Of a DNA stretch of 50,006 nt, positions 1-8,372 are shown one piece after another. Made by a program: the position numbers and the translations under genes. This stretch comes from a bacterium (lineage in GTDB: Bacteria; Patescibacteriota; Patescibacteriia; PEXW01): contig JAUYFT010000011.1 in NCBI GenBank assembly GCA_030689605.1, positions 1 through 50,006 of the forward strand. The letters run 5' to 3'. Position 1 is the first letter of the stretch; each line of letters opens with the position of its first letter. A model generated the notes under the pieces. It was not told the origin of the DNA. It worked only from the letters and a program-made list of their open reading frames with translations, and ran no database searches.

Positions 1-753
1 ATTACCAGCCTCGATGATTACTCCCGCAGCCTGCTTTTTGCTGAGCTCTTTGAGCGAGAATCGAGTTGGGTACATATTACGTCAATAGAATCAGTGGTTT
101 TACGGTATGGCTGTCCCTTAAAGTATTACCCTGACCAACACTCCATCTTTCGGTACGTTAGAGACCGGGACAAATTCACGCCCTGGCAAACCGCCCAGAA
201 GTTTACCGGGGAGGTGGAGACCCAATTTCAACAAGTCCTTAAAGCTTGTGGCACAGACGTTGTGTACGCCCTCTCGCCCCAGGCCAAGGGCAAGGTGGAA
301 CGGCCGTACCGCTGGCTGCAGGATCGGATCGTGAGAACCTGCGCCAAAGAGCACATTACCGAACTTAAGGATGCCCGAAAGGTTCTTCAGGCGCTCGTCT
401 ACCAATACAACCACCATTGGGTGCATTCAACCACTAAAGAAGTACCCCTGCACCGGCTAGAAACCGCTATCCAGGAAGGCAAATCGCTCTTTCGGCCGTT
501 CGCTATTTCACCGCCCTACCAATCCAGCAAAGACATTTTTTGCTTACGCAGCCAGCGGGTGGTGAATGCGTACCGGAAGATTACTTTCAAGCACGTGGAA
601 CTCACGGTACCGAAAGCACTGCCTCGGCAAACCATTGATTTACGGATTGTCCCAAGTGTTCAAAAGGGGTTGGCCGAGGTACGGATGTGGCATGAGAATA
701 CGCTCCTAAGTGTGCAACTAGCCAAGCACGAGGATTTGGGTCTGCACATCTGA
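1..753 (+). mobile_element. DDE transposase (rve/integrase-core family), C-terminal ~250 codons; 5' end lies outside the window
   Basis: Frame 1 is open from nt 1 (ITSLDDYSRSLLF..) and runs into the 94-753 ORF. DDYSR (second catalytic Asp) and SPQAKGKVERPYRWLQDR (catalytic Glu region) are hallmark rve motifs. Stop TGA at 751-753. Confidence 0.8.
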
Positions 754-754
754 A

Positions 755-786
755 AGTCCACTTTTTATCCTTCAGAGTCCACTTTT
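755..786. repeat. 11-nt direct repeat AGTCCACTTTT x2 (755-765, 776-786) right after the transposase stop; possible IS subterminal repeats
   Basis: Exact duplication read directly from the sequence. Confidence 0.4.
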
Positions 787-806
787 GAATTTTTCCTAAC
801 AGCATA

Positions 807-835
807 TTTGTAGGTTTATAACAAAAACCTACAAA
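807..835. repeat. Perfect 11-bp inverted repeat TTTGTAGGTTT-N7-AAACCTACAAA (hairpin)
   Basis: Arms at 807-817 and 825-835 are exact reverse complements. There is no clear U-tract, so its role (IS end or terminator) is open. Confidence 0.4.
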
Positions 836-959
836 CTGCCCGCCATCCCGCTTTGTGGGAAGCCAAGGCAGGCTACTGCTTGATGTCGCCGAGGACTGAA
901 TTAAGAGTTGTCATGTTCTTCCCTCTCCCCTGCCCGCCATCGCTTCGCATGAGCGAAGC

Positions 960-1718
960 TTAGGCGAGGCGGGCGGAGCCCGCCGCCTGCCTATAAGCAC
1001 AGTAATCACACTCTTCCCCAGCGACAGGAATGCTATCACCAGTTAAACACGCGTGTGCCGCAACAATGGTCGGTTCCACCCACTCATCACTCCCCACGTA
1101 CGGAATGACCTTCACATCAAACTCAAGCTTCCCATCGAAGGCTTTGGCATCACTGTCACCATTGCAGTAGACGAAGTAGCCAGTATTGGAAACTGTAAAA
1201 CCATTCTTGCGAAAGAGCCACTGGTACACTTCCATCTGCCGCTTGTACCCTATTTGCCATTCCGCATCCAGGTTCACCTCTTCCTTCTTCGATGTTGCCT
1301 TGTAGTCAACAATGAGGAGTTCACCATTCGGCTTCACCCACACATCGTCAACCCCACCGGTGATGAGCAAATTCGTGCTGCCGTGGTGGAACGTAATCCC
1401 CCGCCGCAAAGAGTCCCGCCAGGTATCGAGCTGCTCATGAGCCATGGGGATGGCGTCAATCTTGTACTTCTTCTGCAGCGGGTGCTTGGTTCCCTTTGCG
1501 CGGTGGATATCAAACTCACGCTTCAGCAGCTCGTCCACGGCACTATTGAGGGAGAATGGGTACCCCGGCGGCCGGCCGACACCCAACCGACGGTCTAGGT
1601 AGAAGCACCGTGCGCATTCAAGGAAAAGGTCAATCTTGGAGCGGGATAGCCGAAACGGCTCTTTACCAGCTGGATCGTACAGGTTCCGTGTGCGTTGGGG
1701 GTTGTAGTAGTCAGACAT
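960..1718 (-). CDS. PD-(D/E)XK nuclease, Cas4/RecB-like, with N- and C-terminal CxxC pairs
   Basis: 252-aa ORF. GGVDDV...LLIVDYKAT fits the D...(D/E)xK nuclease core. ECARCF near the N-terminus plus CDYCAYRQ near the C-terminus give four Cys, as in Fe-S cluster Cas4/AddB-type nucleases. It starts 3 nt after the upstream ORF stop. Confidence 0.65.
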   Translation of the reverse strand: MSDYYNPQRTRNLYDPAGKEPFRLSRSKIDLFLECARCFYLDRRLGVGRPPGYPFSLNSAVDELLKREFDIHRAKGTKHPLQKKYKIDAIPMAHEQLDTWRDSLRRGITFHHGSTNLLITGGVDDVWVKPNGELLIVDYKATSKKEEVNLDAEWQIGYKRQMEVYQWLFRKNGFTVSNTGYFVYCNGDSDAKAFDGKLEFDVKVIPYVGSDEWVEPTIVAAHACLTGDSIPVAGEECDYCAYRQAAGSARLA

Positions 1719-1721
1719 ATT

Positions 1722-2051
1722 CTAATGTTCTCGTACTAGCATCTTCGCATCATGATAATGCTCATACACAAAATTGTATATCTCAAATGCCTTTAGTCCA
1801 CATTCCTTTTCTGTATAAGTAGACTCTGGCAATTTCGAGTATAACAATCCATTTATAGCCTCTTTCACTTCGGCGCGATTCGTTTCAAAATCTCTCCAAT
1901 GCGGGACAAGCAAGGGCTTTAGATTTGTAAGCAATTCGTGCGATGCCCCTTTAATCGTCGCGACTTCATCAGGATTAAGGTTTTCTTTTACTAAAAAGAA
2001 TATCCACGCCACATGTAGCAGCATGCTGATAAAGATGAGTAAACTCGCCAC
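1722..2051 (-). pseudogene. Segment resembling the C-terminal helical domain of type I restriction HsdR (DUF3387-like); probably reached by frameshift from the upstream zeta-like ORF
   Basis: LNPDEVATIKGASHELLTNLKPLLVPHWRDFETNRAEVKEAINGLLYSKLPESTYTEKE... follows the pattern of HsdR C-termini (..DWr...raeVk.aI...L...lP...Y..e). The first ~25 codons of the listed ORF look non-protein-like and overlap the 1975-2313 ORF. Confidence 0.4.
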
Positions 2052-2313
2052 TGTAACCCGGAACTAACTTACGTATCTCATCGGCGTCAATACGTACCGG
2101 CTTATTCGTAAAGAGGTCATCCTCAACAAGGTTTTTAGAAACCTCTGTCTTCCCCGCTCCGGGTGCGCCAGCCATAAAAAGGGTTACTGCTTGTGGCTCT
2201 TCAATAAAATGATCTGCATTGGCGAATAACGTAATCAGTAATTTTTCATTACTCTGGATATACCGTAGTGCTGCGTCAGATATGTTTTGCTCTTCTTGGG
2301 AAAGCGTCTGCAT
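1975..2313 (-). pseudogene. Zeta-toxin-like P-loop kinase, N-terminal ~100 aa only
   Basis: Walker A FMAGAPGAGKTE is followed by VRIDADEIRKLVPGY, matching the zeta/PezT pattern (GxPGAGKS/T ... vIdaDdfR..hP.y). The ORF stops after ~112 aa, where a full zeta domain would continue, and overlaps the next ORF by 77 nt. Confidence 0.5.
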
Positions 2314-2318
2314 AATTG

Positions 2319-3041
2319 TTATGCAACATTTTCAAGCTTCTGCTCCAGCACCTTTTTGAAATCCCGCAAATGCATGACGTGGCTCGCAGGCAGAAATTGA
2401 CGCAATTCTCGGCGGAAGTCAAGCTTCGTCTCCCGCAGGAGCTTCTGCACTGCAGCCACGTACTTGGCCTCCCGGACCAGTGGGTAATCGCCAGAGAGGA
2501 GGAAGTAGTAGTCGAAGAAGTCCCGGGGCTTGTGGCGCGCGAGCAGGGCATCTAGCTTGCCTTGCACAATCGCCTCTTTGGCTAAGTGAACCAAGCTATA
2601 CTCGGGAACATACTCGTTTTCGATGAGCTTCCGGACGCCGACGATAGGTTTTCCGGTACGTAGGGAGACTTCAATTCTAATGATTATCTGCTTCCCATAG
2701 GCGTGAAAAATCGCTTCCCCCAGGTAGCCGCCGCTGGTGTTCTTTGCTTCTTCCAGCTCCACCTGCAGGCCAGTGTTTTCAACGGCTACCAACGTTTCAG
2801 TGAAAAGACCCTCGACCTCGGCTTGCGTAATGTGGGAACCGGTAAAATCCAAATCTTCGGAGAAACGCGGGCTATGGAAAACTATGCGCAAAGCCGTGCC
2901 ACCTTTGAAGAGTAGCCGCTCTGCGCCAGGTTGCTGGTACAATACCGAGAGAAAAATATGCTGGCAGTACTCCCGGATGACGTTTACCTCTGACGTCTGA
3001 CTGCGCTTAGTAAATTTTTGTAGGTTTGCGAGATTCAACAT
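2319..3041 (-). CDS. abiEii: AbiEii/AbiGii-family nucleotidyltransferase toxin (type IV toxin-antitoxin / abortive infection)
   Basis: LFKGGTALRIVFHSPRFSEDLDF is the signature NTase motif of DUF1814/AbiEii. 240 aa, directly downstream of an AbiEi-like gene. Confidence 0.8.
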   Translation of the reverse strand: MLNLANLQKFTKRSQTSEVNVIREYCQHIFLSVLYQQPGAERLLFKGGTALRIVFHSPRFSEDLDFTGSHITQAEVEGLFTETLVAVENTGLQVELEEAKNTSGGYLGEAIFHAYGKQIIIRIEVSLRTGKPIVGVRKLIENEYVPEYSLVHLAKEAIVQGKLDALLARHKPRDFFDYYFLLSGDYPLVREAKYVAAVQKLLRETKLDFRRELRQFLPASHVMHLRDFKKVLEQKLENVA

Positions 3042-3633
3042 ACACGTGACGAATGAGCTTCAGTAGACTTGGTCGTTGGAAGAGCTTGGCATATGCAAGA
3101 AGTTTCGTTTGCTTTAGCCCTTTCAATCGCAAACGGTCGTTCAGCACGCGCTGCTTGAGATCGACGAAGTAGAGGTAATCTGCCAGAGCTTTTTCTGGAT
3201 CAGCGATGAGAGCCTTGTGGCGGTCAACAACACCCAGCTGGTAACCAGTGAATGCTGGCACCTTGATTTGCTGGTAGATAAAAATGCCAATCGGCGTAGT
3301 AAATTCTCGGGCGGCTTTCGTGGTAATAGAGGTAGTTGCGTACACGACTTCCGGAATGATGCCGTAGTGAGAAAGCGCAGTTTCTAGAGAGATGTAGGAC
3401 GGCTGGTAGAGCCGCCCCGCAATGAAGGGGCGGTCGGGCAGACTATCCTTAACCAAGTAAAAACCGTTTCGGAGCTTTACGAATAAGCCACTGTGCACAT
3501 TTTTCGAAATGTAGACGCCAGCAGTGTTTGAAGAAACACCAAAAAGCCCCTGGAATTCGCGTTGACTAAATACCTCAAAACCTTCAGTTTTCAGCTTTTC
3601 TTCGATTTTTAGACGATTCAGTTTCTTTACCAT
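3007..3633 (-). CDS. abiEi: AbiEi-family antitoxin/transcriptional regulator
   Basis: SYISLETALSHYGIIPE is the typical AbiEi_4 motif. The ATG at 3633 (MVKKLNRL) is preferred over the TTG at 3642. It overlaps abiEii by 35 nt. Confidence 0.75.
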   Translation of the reverse strand: MVKKLNRLKIEEKLKTEGFEVFSQREFQGLFGVSSNTAGVYISKNVHSGLFVKLRNGFYLVKDSLPDRPFIAGRLYQPSYISLETALSHYGIIPEVVYATTSITTKAAREFTTPIGIFIYQQIKVPAFTGYQLGVVDRHKALIADPEKALADYLYFVDLKQRVLNDRLRLKGLKQTKLLAYAKLFQRPSLLKLIRHVYVESRKPTKIY

Positions 3634-3662
3634 ATTATACAAAAAGTGAAGTGACTATTTAC

Positions 3663-3691
3663 ATAGTACTATACTCTAAAACGCCTGTCAA
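3663..3691 (-). promoter_or_regulatory. Sigma70-like promoter for abiEi: TTGACA-17-TACTAT
   Basis: Minus-strand TTGACA at 3691-3686 and TACTAT at 3668-3663 with a 17-nt spacer, ~30 nt upstream of ATG 3633. Confidence 0.4.
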
Positions 3692-3708
3692 TGCCAACCC
3701 AAATCCAC

Positions 3709-5445
3709 TTATAGCTTCGACTTCGTAAGCTTCCAAACATCTTTAGCAGAATCCTTGCTAATCCCCCCAAACCCAGCGTTAAAGAGTCTCCCCGGCACCC
3801 AAATACCACGTACCCCTTTCGATAACAGTCTTTTCCACAAATCCCAATCTTGATATCTTTTTAGACTTTCATCAAAACCAATGCAATGTTCGCGGCGGAG
3901 CAGGGACATGGTCGAAATGTAGTTGGCTTCGAGCAAACGCTCGGGGTCGAAGTCGAACAAGTCAAACGTATGCCAGCCGAACTTGAAGTCGCTATAGGCG
4001 TAGCCAGCTTCGGGGTGTAGAAGGAGTGCCCGGGCCATGTTCTCCAGCATGGTCGGCTGCAGCTCCACGTCGGCATCGCAGTAGAGCACGAAGTCCCCTG
4101 TTGTCTTCGCAAACCCCACATTGCGTGCGGCGGGCGCGCCTTTGTTCTCTTGGGCGACGAGCTGCACGTCAAACTTCTTGGCAATTTCGGAAGTATTGTC
4201 GGTAGAGCCATCATCCACCACCACAATTTCTGCGGGTTTAAGGGTTTGCGCTTGCAGGTCTGTGAGCGTTCGGGCAATGATCCTGGCGCTGTTGAAGGCC
4301 GGGATGACGACGCTGATTTTTACCTTCGGCATATCGGTGATGAGGTGCAGGAGCTCGGCAATACGCCTGCGACGGGTTTCCCAGCTGAATTGCTCGTTGG
4401 CAAACTTCTTGGCCCGGTCGCTGTAGCGCTGCAAGCGGAGCGGATCTTTAAGGAATGGCTCTATAGCTTTGGCAATCTCATCGGCTTCGCCAGGCTCGAC
4501 CAATTCACCGGTAATGCCAGGGGAAATGGTCTCGGGAATCCCACCGGTGTTACTGGCCAGCACTGGTAGGCCGTGGGCTTGCGCTTCTACGCTTACCAAG
4601 CCGTATCCTTCCACGTCGCCGTTCTCTCCAGGCACGCTGGGGAAGAGGAAAAGATCAGCCGCCGCGTATACGACGCTGGTATCTTCCACGTTATTCAGGA
4701 CGTGGATGCGATCTTCTAGGGCGAGTGCAGCAATACGCTGCCGGATTTTTCCCTCTTCGGTTCCGCGCCCGACGATGTAGTAGTGCAGGTTCGGGTAGCG
4801 CGGCGCCAGGGCAGCGAACGCATCGATGGCGACGAGGTGGCCCTTGCGCGGCACGAGTCGGCCAACGGTGAGGAGGACTTGTGCGTCGAGCGGGAGGCCG
4901 AGCGTCGCCCGAGCATCGGGCTTCACCTGGATCGTGGCTGGTATGTCTGCCCCGGGGGTGAGGATGGTGCGCCGGCTCTCGGGCACACCCAAGCGCTTAA
5001 GGTGTGTGTCAGTGAACTTACTATTCGCAATGACAAGGTTTGCACTGGGTAGGTGTCGGCGCAACCACCAGCGACGCAAACCACCGGCAGTGTCATAGCT
5101 CAACACATCCATGCCATGCGTGATTACGACAACCTTTGTGCCGAACTTACTGCGGCAGCGCAAAGCCGCAGCCAGGTACGGCGCGTAGTGGCCAAGAACG
5201 ATCACGTCGTAATCGTGCTTTTCCGTATAGTGCTTGAAAGACTTGAATGTACCAAACCATCGTGGACGAACCCTGCCCGTGAGCAAGGGCGTGCGAATCA
5301 GTTTCCATCCTGCGACCACGGCAGACCCAGGTTCAGTGAGTACGTCTGCCTCAATATCTTTGCGGTCACCGAAAAGGTGCGCCAATAACCGCTCCACCCC
5401 ACCGTAGGCGGGTAGGAACGTGGTGGTTATCAGAAGGACGCGCAT
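3709..5445 (-). CDS. Bifunctional glycosyltransferase: N-terminal GT4 (group 1) domain fused to C-terminal GT2 domain
   Basis: EGYGLVSVEAQAHGLPVLASNTGGIPE (GT4 EX7E region). Then KISVVIPAFNSARII...IVVVDDGSTDNT...CDADVE (GT2 DxD-type motifs). Confidence 0.8.
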   Translation of the reverse strand: MRVLLITTTFLPAYGGVERLLAHLFGDRKDIEADVLTEPGSAVVAGWKLIRTPLLTGRVRPRWFGTFKSFKHYTEKHDYDVIVLGHYAPYLAAALRCRSKFGTKVVVITHGMDVLSYDTAGGLRRWWLRRHLPSANLVIANSKFTDTHLKRLGVPESRRTILTPGADIPATIQVKPDARATLGLPLDAQVLLTVGRLVPRKGHLVAIDAFAALAPRYPNLHYYIVGRGTEEGKIRQRIAALALEDRIHVLNNVEDTSVVYAAADLFLFPSVPGENGDVEGYGLVSVEAQAHGLPVLASNTGGIPETISPGITGELVEPGEADEIAKAIEPFLKDPLRLQRYSDRAKKFANEQFSWETRRRRIAELLHLITDMPKVKISVVIPAFNSARIIARTLTDLQAQTLKPAEIVVVDDGSTDNTSEIAKKFDVQLVAQENKGAPAARNVGFAKTTGDFVLYCDADVELQPTMLENMARALLLHPEAGYAYSDFKFGWHTFDLFDFDPERLLEANYISTMSLLRREHCIGFDESLKRYQDWDLWKRLLSKGVRGIWVPGRLFNAGFGGISKDSAKDVWKLTKSKL

Positions 5446-5449
5446 GGGT

Positions 5450-7009
5450 CTAGGCCGTTCCGCTACTATGCGACGCAGTGGGCCCGCCGCGACTCGACGA
5501 GTGCGGCGAGGCGGGTTTGCGACGAATGATGCGCCAGAGGGCCGTGAGTTCTTCCCGCTTCACACCCTTGATGAGAATGAGGCCAACGACGTAGATGGTG
5601 ACGAAGACCAAAATCCAACCCAGAACATCAGCCCGGCGGCCGTGGAAAAATATAGGTACGGTATTGCGGAATGGAAAAATGATGAGAGCCGCGACCGCGG
5701 CGGCCGCGTACACGCGCAGGAAGCGGGAAACCAAGCGCTGCCAGGGCACGGTGATGACGTCGCGAATCCAATACAGACCCATACCGAAGAGCACGGTACC
5801 GCTGACGAGCGTGGCCAAGGCGGCACCCATGTAGGAGAAGCGGTTGATAAGCAGGGCGTTGAGGGAAATGTTCACCAACACGGTTATACCCATGCTGATG
5901 GTGTTGTACTTGGTGCGGTTACTGGCATTAAGTAGCGTGCCCACCGGGAAGTTCATGAAGATGACGGGCAGGCTAAGGATAAGGATACGCAAGGGGTTGG
6001 CGGCGGCGGCAAAGAACTCGTTGAAGGCCAGGCCAACTAAACTATTCGCCAGGACGAAAATCCCCAACGACATGGGCACGCTGATGATGATCATGTACAC
6101 CAGGGAGCGCTCGAAGGTGTCGGTGAGTTTCTCCTTGGAGCTTAGGTACAGGTTGCTCATAGCAGGGTACAACCCAGCAGCGAAGGCCGAGGGCAGGAAC
6201 TCCAAGGCGAAGGTGAGCTTGTGTGCCACGCTGTAGAAGCCCACGGCCGAAGGGCCTTTGAAGAGCAACAAGAGGTAGCGGTCGGTATACGTGTACACCT
6301 TCACCAGCATAGCGGCGATGGCGAAGGGCAGAGCCATTTTCAAGAATGAAACAATAAGCTTGGCATCCCACATAAGCTTTGGCCACAGCTGCGCAATGCG
6401 CCGGAGGGCGAAGATAGACCAGCTAAAGTTTACGGCGCTACCCAGCATGGTGGCGAAGAAGATGCCCCGCAGCCCCAGGTTGTACCGTAGGGCCACGTAG
6501 CCAGCGCTGACGGCAATGACTTGATTGAGAATCATGCCGATTGCTTCCAGCTTCATGTTCTGCAAACCCCGGAGCACGGCGAGAAAGGTGAGCGTGAAAG
6601 AGTCAAAGGCGACAATGATCGCCACAAGATAGAGTGACGACTGCACATCCTGCGAGAAGTTGCCGAAGTTCGTGACAAAACCGAACACCGTCAGGACGAT
6701 AACGGCGAAGAGCAGCTTAATGCCCAAGACGTTTGCCAGGATGGACTTGGCACTCTGCGGCCTACGAGCGACCTCACGGGTTATAACAGCCGAGAGCGAG
6801 AAGTCGATGAGGATGAGCGCGATGGGGATAAGCGACTTCAGCGGGTCGTACTGGCCGGTGCGGGAGACGCCAATCTTGTTGGCGATGACCGTGTAGTACA
6901 AGAACGAGATGAGCTTCTGCACCACGAAAGCCCCCGTGAGGTACGAGGCATTCCGGAGAATCTTCGATTGGCCGGCGCTCACTTCGGTCGTTGGTTCGGG
7001 CTTGACCAT
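5450..7009 (-). CDS. Polysaccharide/oligosaccharide flippase (Wzx-like, MOP superfamily)
   Basis: Multi-pass hydrophobic protein with the typical N-terminus KILRNASYLTGAFVVQKLISFLYYTVIANKIG. The start was trimmed to ATG 7009 (MVKPEP) because the longer ORF would overlap rpsI. Confidence 0.65.
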   Translation of the reverse strand: MVKPEPTTEVSAGQSKILRNASYLTGAFVVQKLISFLYYTVIANKIGVSRTGQYDPLKSLIPIALILIDFSLSAVITREVARRPQSAKSILANVLGIKLLFAVIVLTVFGFVTNFGNFSQDVQSSLYLVAIIVAFDSFTLTFLAVLRGLQNMKLEAIGMILNQVIAVSAGYVALRYNLGLRGIFFATMLGSAVNFSWSIFALRRIAQLWPKLMWDAKLIVSFLKMALPFAIAAMLVKVYTYTDRYLLLLFKGPSAVGFYSVAHKLTFALEFLPSAFAAGLYPAMSNLYLSSKEKLTDTFERSLVYMIIISVPMSLGIFVLANSLVGLAFNEFFAAAANPLRILILSLPVIFMNFPVGTLLNASNRTKYNTISMGITVLVNISLNALLINRFSYMGAALATLVSGTVLFGMGLYWIRDVITVPWQRLVSRFLRVYAAAAVAALIIFPFRNTVPIFFHGRRADVLGWILVFVTIYVVGLILIKGVKREELTALWRIIRRKPASPHSSSRGGPTASHSSGTA

Positions 7010-7070
7010 AGGGGTGTTGCCTCGCCCCCGCTGCAGCACACCGTAGTGTGCCTGACGGAGTCCGTTGACG

Positions 7071-7628
7071 TTAGCGCTTCTGCCACTGCGGCGCACGACG
7101 GGCACGCTTCAGGCCGTACTTCTTCCGCTCCTTCACCCGGGCGTCACGGGTGAGGAAGCCCAGGGGCTTCACCACCGGTCGCAGGGCAGGCTCGAGGAGG
7201 ATGAGCATGCGGGCAATGCCGTGGCGGATAGAGTGTGCCTGGGCGTGCTTCCCACCGCCTTGAGTCTTAATAGACCAACGGCCTTGAACCCAACCAGTCT
7301 TCAGCAGCGGCGAGCGGGCTTCCTCCACCCACGGCAGGTAGCCGAAATACTTCTCCAGGGTCATGCCGTTCACCACAATTTCACCCGTGCCGAGCTTGTA
7401 GTAGCGGACGCGTGCAATAGCGGTCTTACGCTTGCCCACGGTGGCCTGGTACTTCTCGAAGCTCCGAACCGCAGCGGCGATATCTGGGGCGGACGGCGCG
7501 ACTGACGCGACGTGCGCTTTCTGAACAACGTGTTTGGGAGCAGGCTTGTGCACTGCAACTTTTTTTACAACGGGTTTCTTGGTTACAGGCTTCTTGGCGA
7601 TTTTCTTCGCTGTAGATTTTGTCGGCAT
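7071..7628 (-). CDS. rpsI: 30S ribosomal protein S9 with a ~55-aa Lys/Pro/Val-rich N-terminal extension
   Basis: Core GKRKTAIARV...GGGKHAQAHSIRHGIARML...RDARVKERKKYGLKRARRAPQWQKR. Extension KKIAKKPVTKKPVVKKVAVHKPAPKH. Confidence 0.95.
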   Translation of the reverse strand: MPTKSTAKKIAKKPVTKKPVVKKVAVHKPAPKHVVQKAHVASVAPSAPDIAAAVRSFEKYQATVGKRKTAIARVRYYKLGTGEIVVNGMTLEKYFGYLPWVEEARSPLLKTGWVQGRWSIKTQGGGKHAQAHSIRHGIARMLILLEPALRPVVKPLGFLTRDARVKERKKYGLKRARRAPQWQKR

Positions 7629-7632
7629 GGAT

Positions 7633-7998
7633 TTACGGTTTGACGGTGAGGCGCGTGAGCAAAATTTTACGCGTTCGGTTGTCTGGCAGCATGCGCTTCA
7701 CGGCCAGGGTGAAAAGGCCGACCGGGTCTGCCTTCAGCTTCTCGCGGAAGCTGGTGAGCCGAAGGCCGCCGGGGTAACCGCTAAAGTGCGCGTACATCTT
7801 AGTCGTGGCTTTGGTGCCAGTTACGCGAATGCCGCTGGCGTTGGTGACCACGACCTTCCCGCCGCTAATGACGTCGGGACGGAAACTGGGCAAGTTTTTG
7901 CCCCGGAGGGCGATAGCAACCTGCGAAGCTAAGCGCCCCAGGACTTTACCGTCGGCGTCGAACGTGACTGTGGTGGTTGGTGGGGTTGGCTTACGCAT
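7633..7998 (-). CDS. rplM: 50S ribosomal protein L13
   Basis: DADGKVLGRLASQVAIALRGK...YAHFSGYPGGL is typical L13. It lies immediately upstream of rpsI. Confidence 0.9.
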   Translation of the reverse strand: MRKPTPPTTTVTFDADGKVLGRLASQVAIALRGKNLPSFRPDVISGGKVVVTNASGIRVTGTKATTKMYAHFSGYPGGLRLTSFREKLKADPVGLFTLAVKRMLPDNRTRKILLTRLTVKP

Positions 7999-8003
7999 GG
8001 GGG

Positions 8004-8351
8004 TTAGACAAGTTCTAAGATGGCCATCTGGGCGCGGTCGCCCTGGCGCTGGTTGGAGAGGATGCGACGGGTATAGCCGCCCTGGCGATCCTTGTACTTG
8101 GGTGCCAAATCTTTGAGAAGCTTATTAGTCGCTACTTCGGTGAACGAGCGCATAAGCTGGCGTCGCGACTGCAGCGTACCAACTTTAGCCGTGGTAATTG
8201 CCCGCTCCACGATTGGGCGAACAGCCCGAACCTTTGCAATGGTGGTCTGTACCCGACCGTGCATCACCACACTAATGGCCAAGCTTCGCAGCATGGCGTT
8301 GCGCGGGGCGGCTTTACGGTCGAGGGTAGGTCGGGTCTTACGGTGGCGCAT
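8004..8351 (-). CDS. rplQ: 50S ribosomal protein L17
   Basis: MRHRKTRPTLDRKAAPRNAMLRSLA...GGYTRRI matches L17, and it follows rpoA. Confidence 0.9.
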   Translation of the reverse strand: MRHRKTRPTLDRKAAPRNAMLRSLAISVVMHGRVQTTIAKVRAVRPIVERAITTAKVGTLQSRRQLMRSFTEVATNKLLKDLAPKYKDRQGGYTRRILSNQRQGDRAQMAILELV

Positions 8352-8372
8352 AAAATAAGCGGCGAGACGAGA

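Noticed and set aside
5450-7105. Longer N-terminal extensions offered by the ORF track for several genes: 5450-7105, 16776-17390, 19327-20277, 25050-26417, 29928-31580, 35298-36119, 36149-37360, 39998-41140, 42817-44187 and 45124-46614.
   Set aside because: The extensions overlap upstream genes or promoters, lack homology to the respective families, and internal ATGs are preceded by SD sequences or -10 boxes. Starts were trimmed accordingly, and some uncertainty remains.
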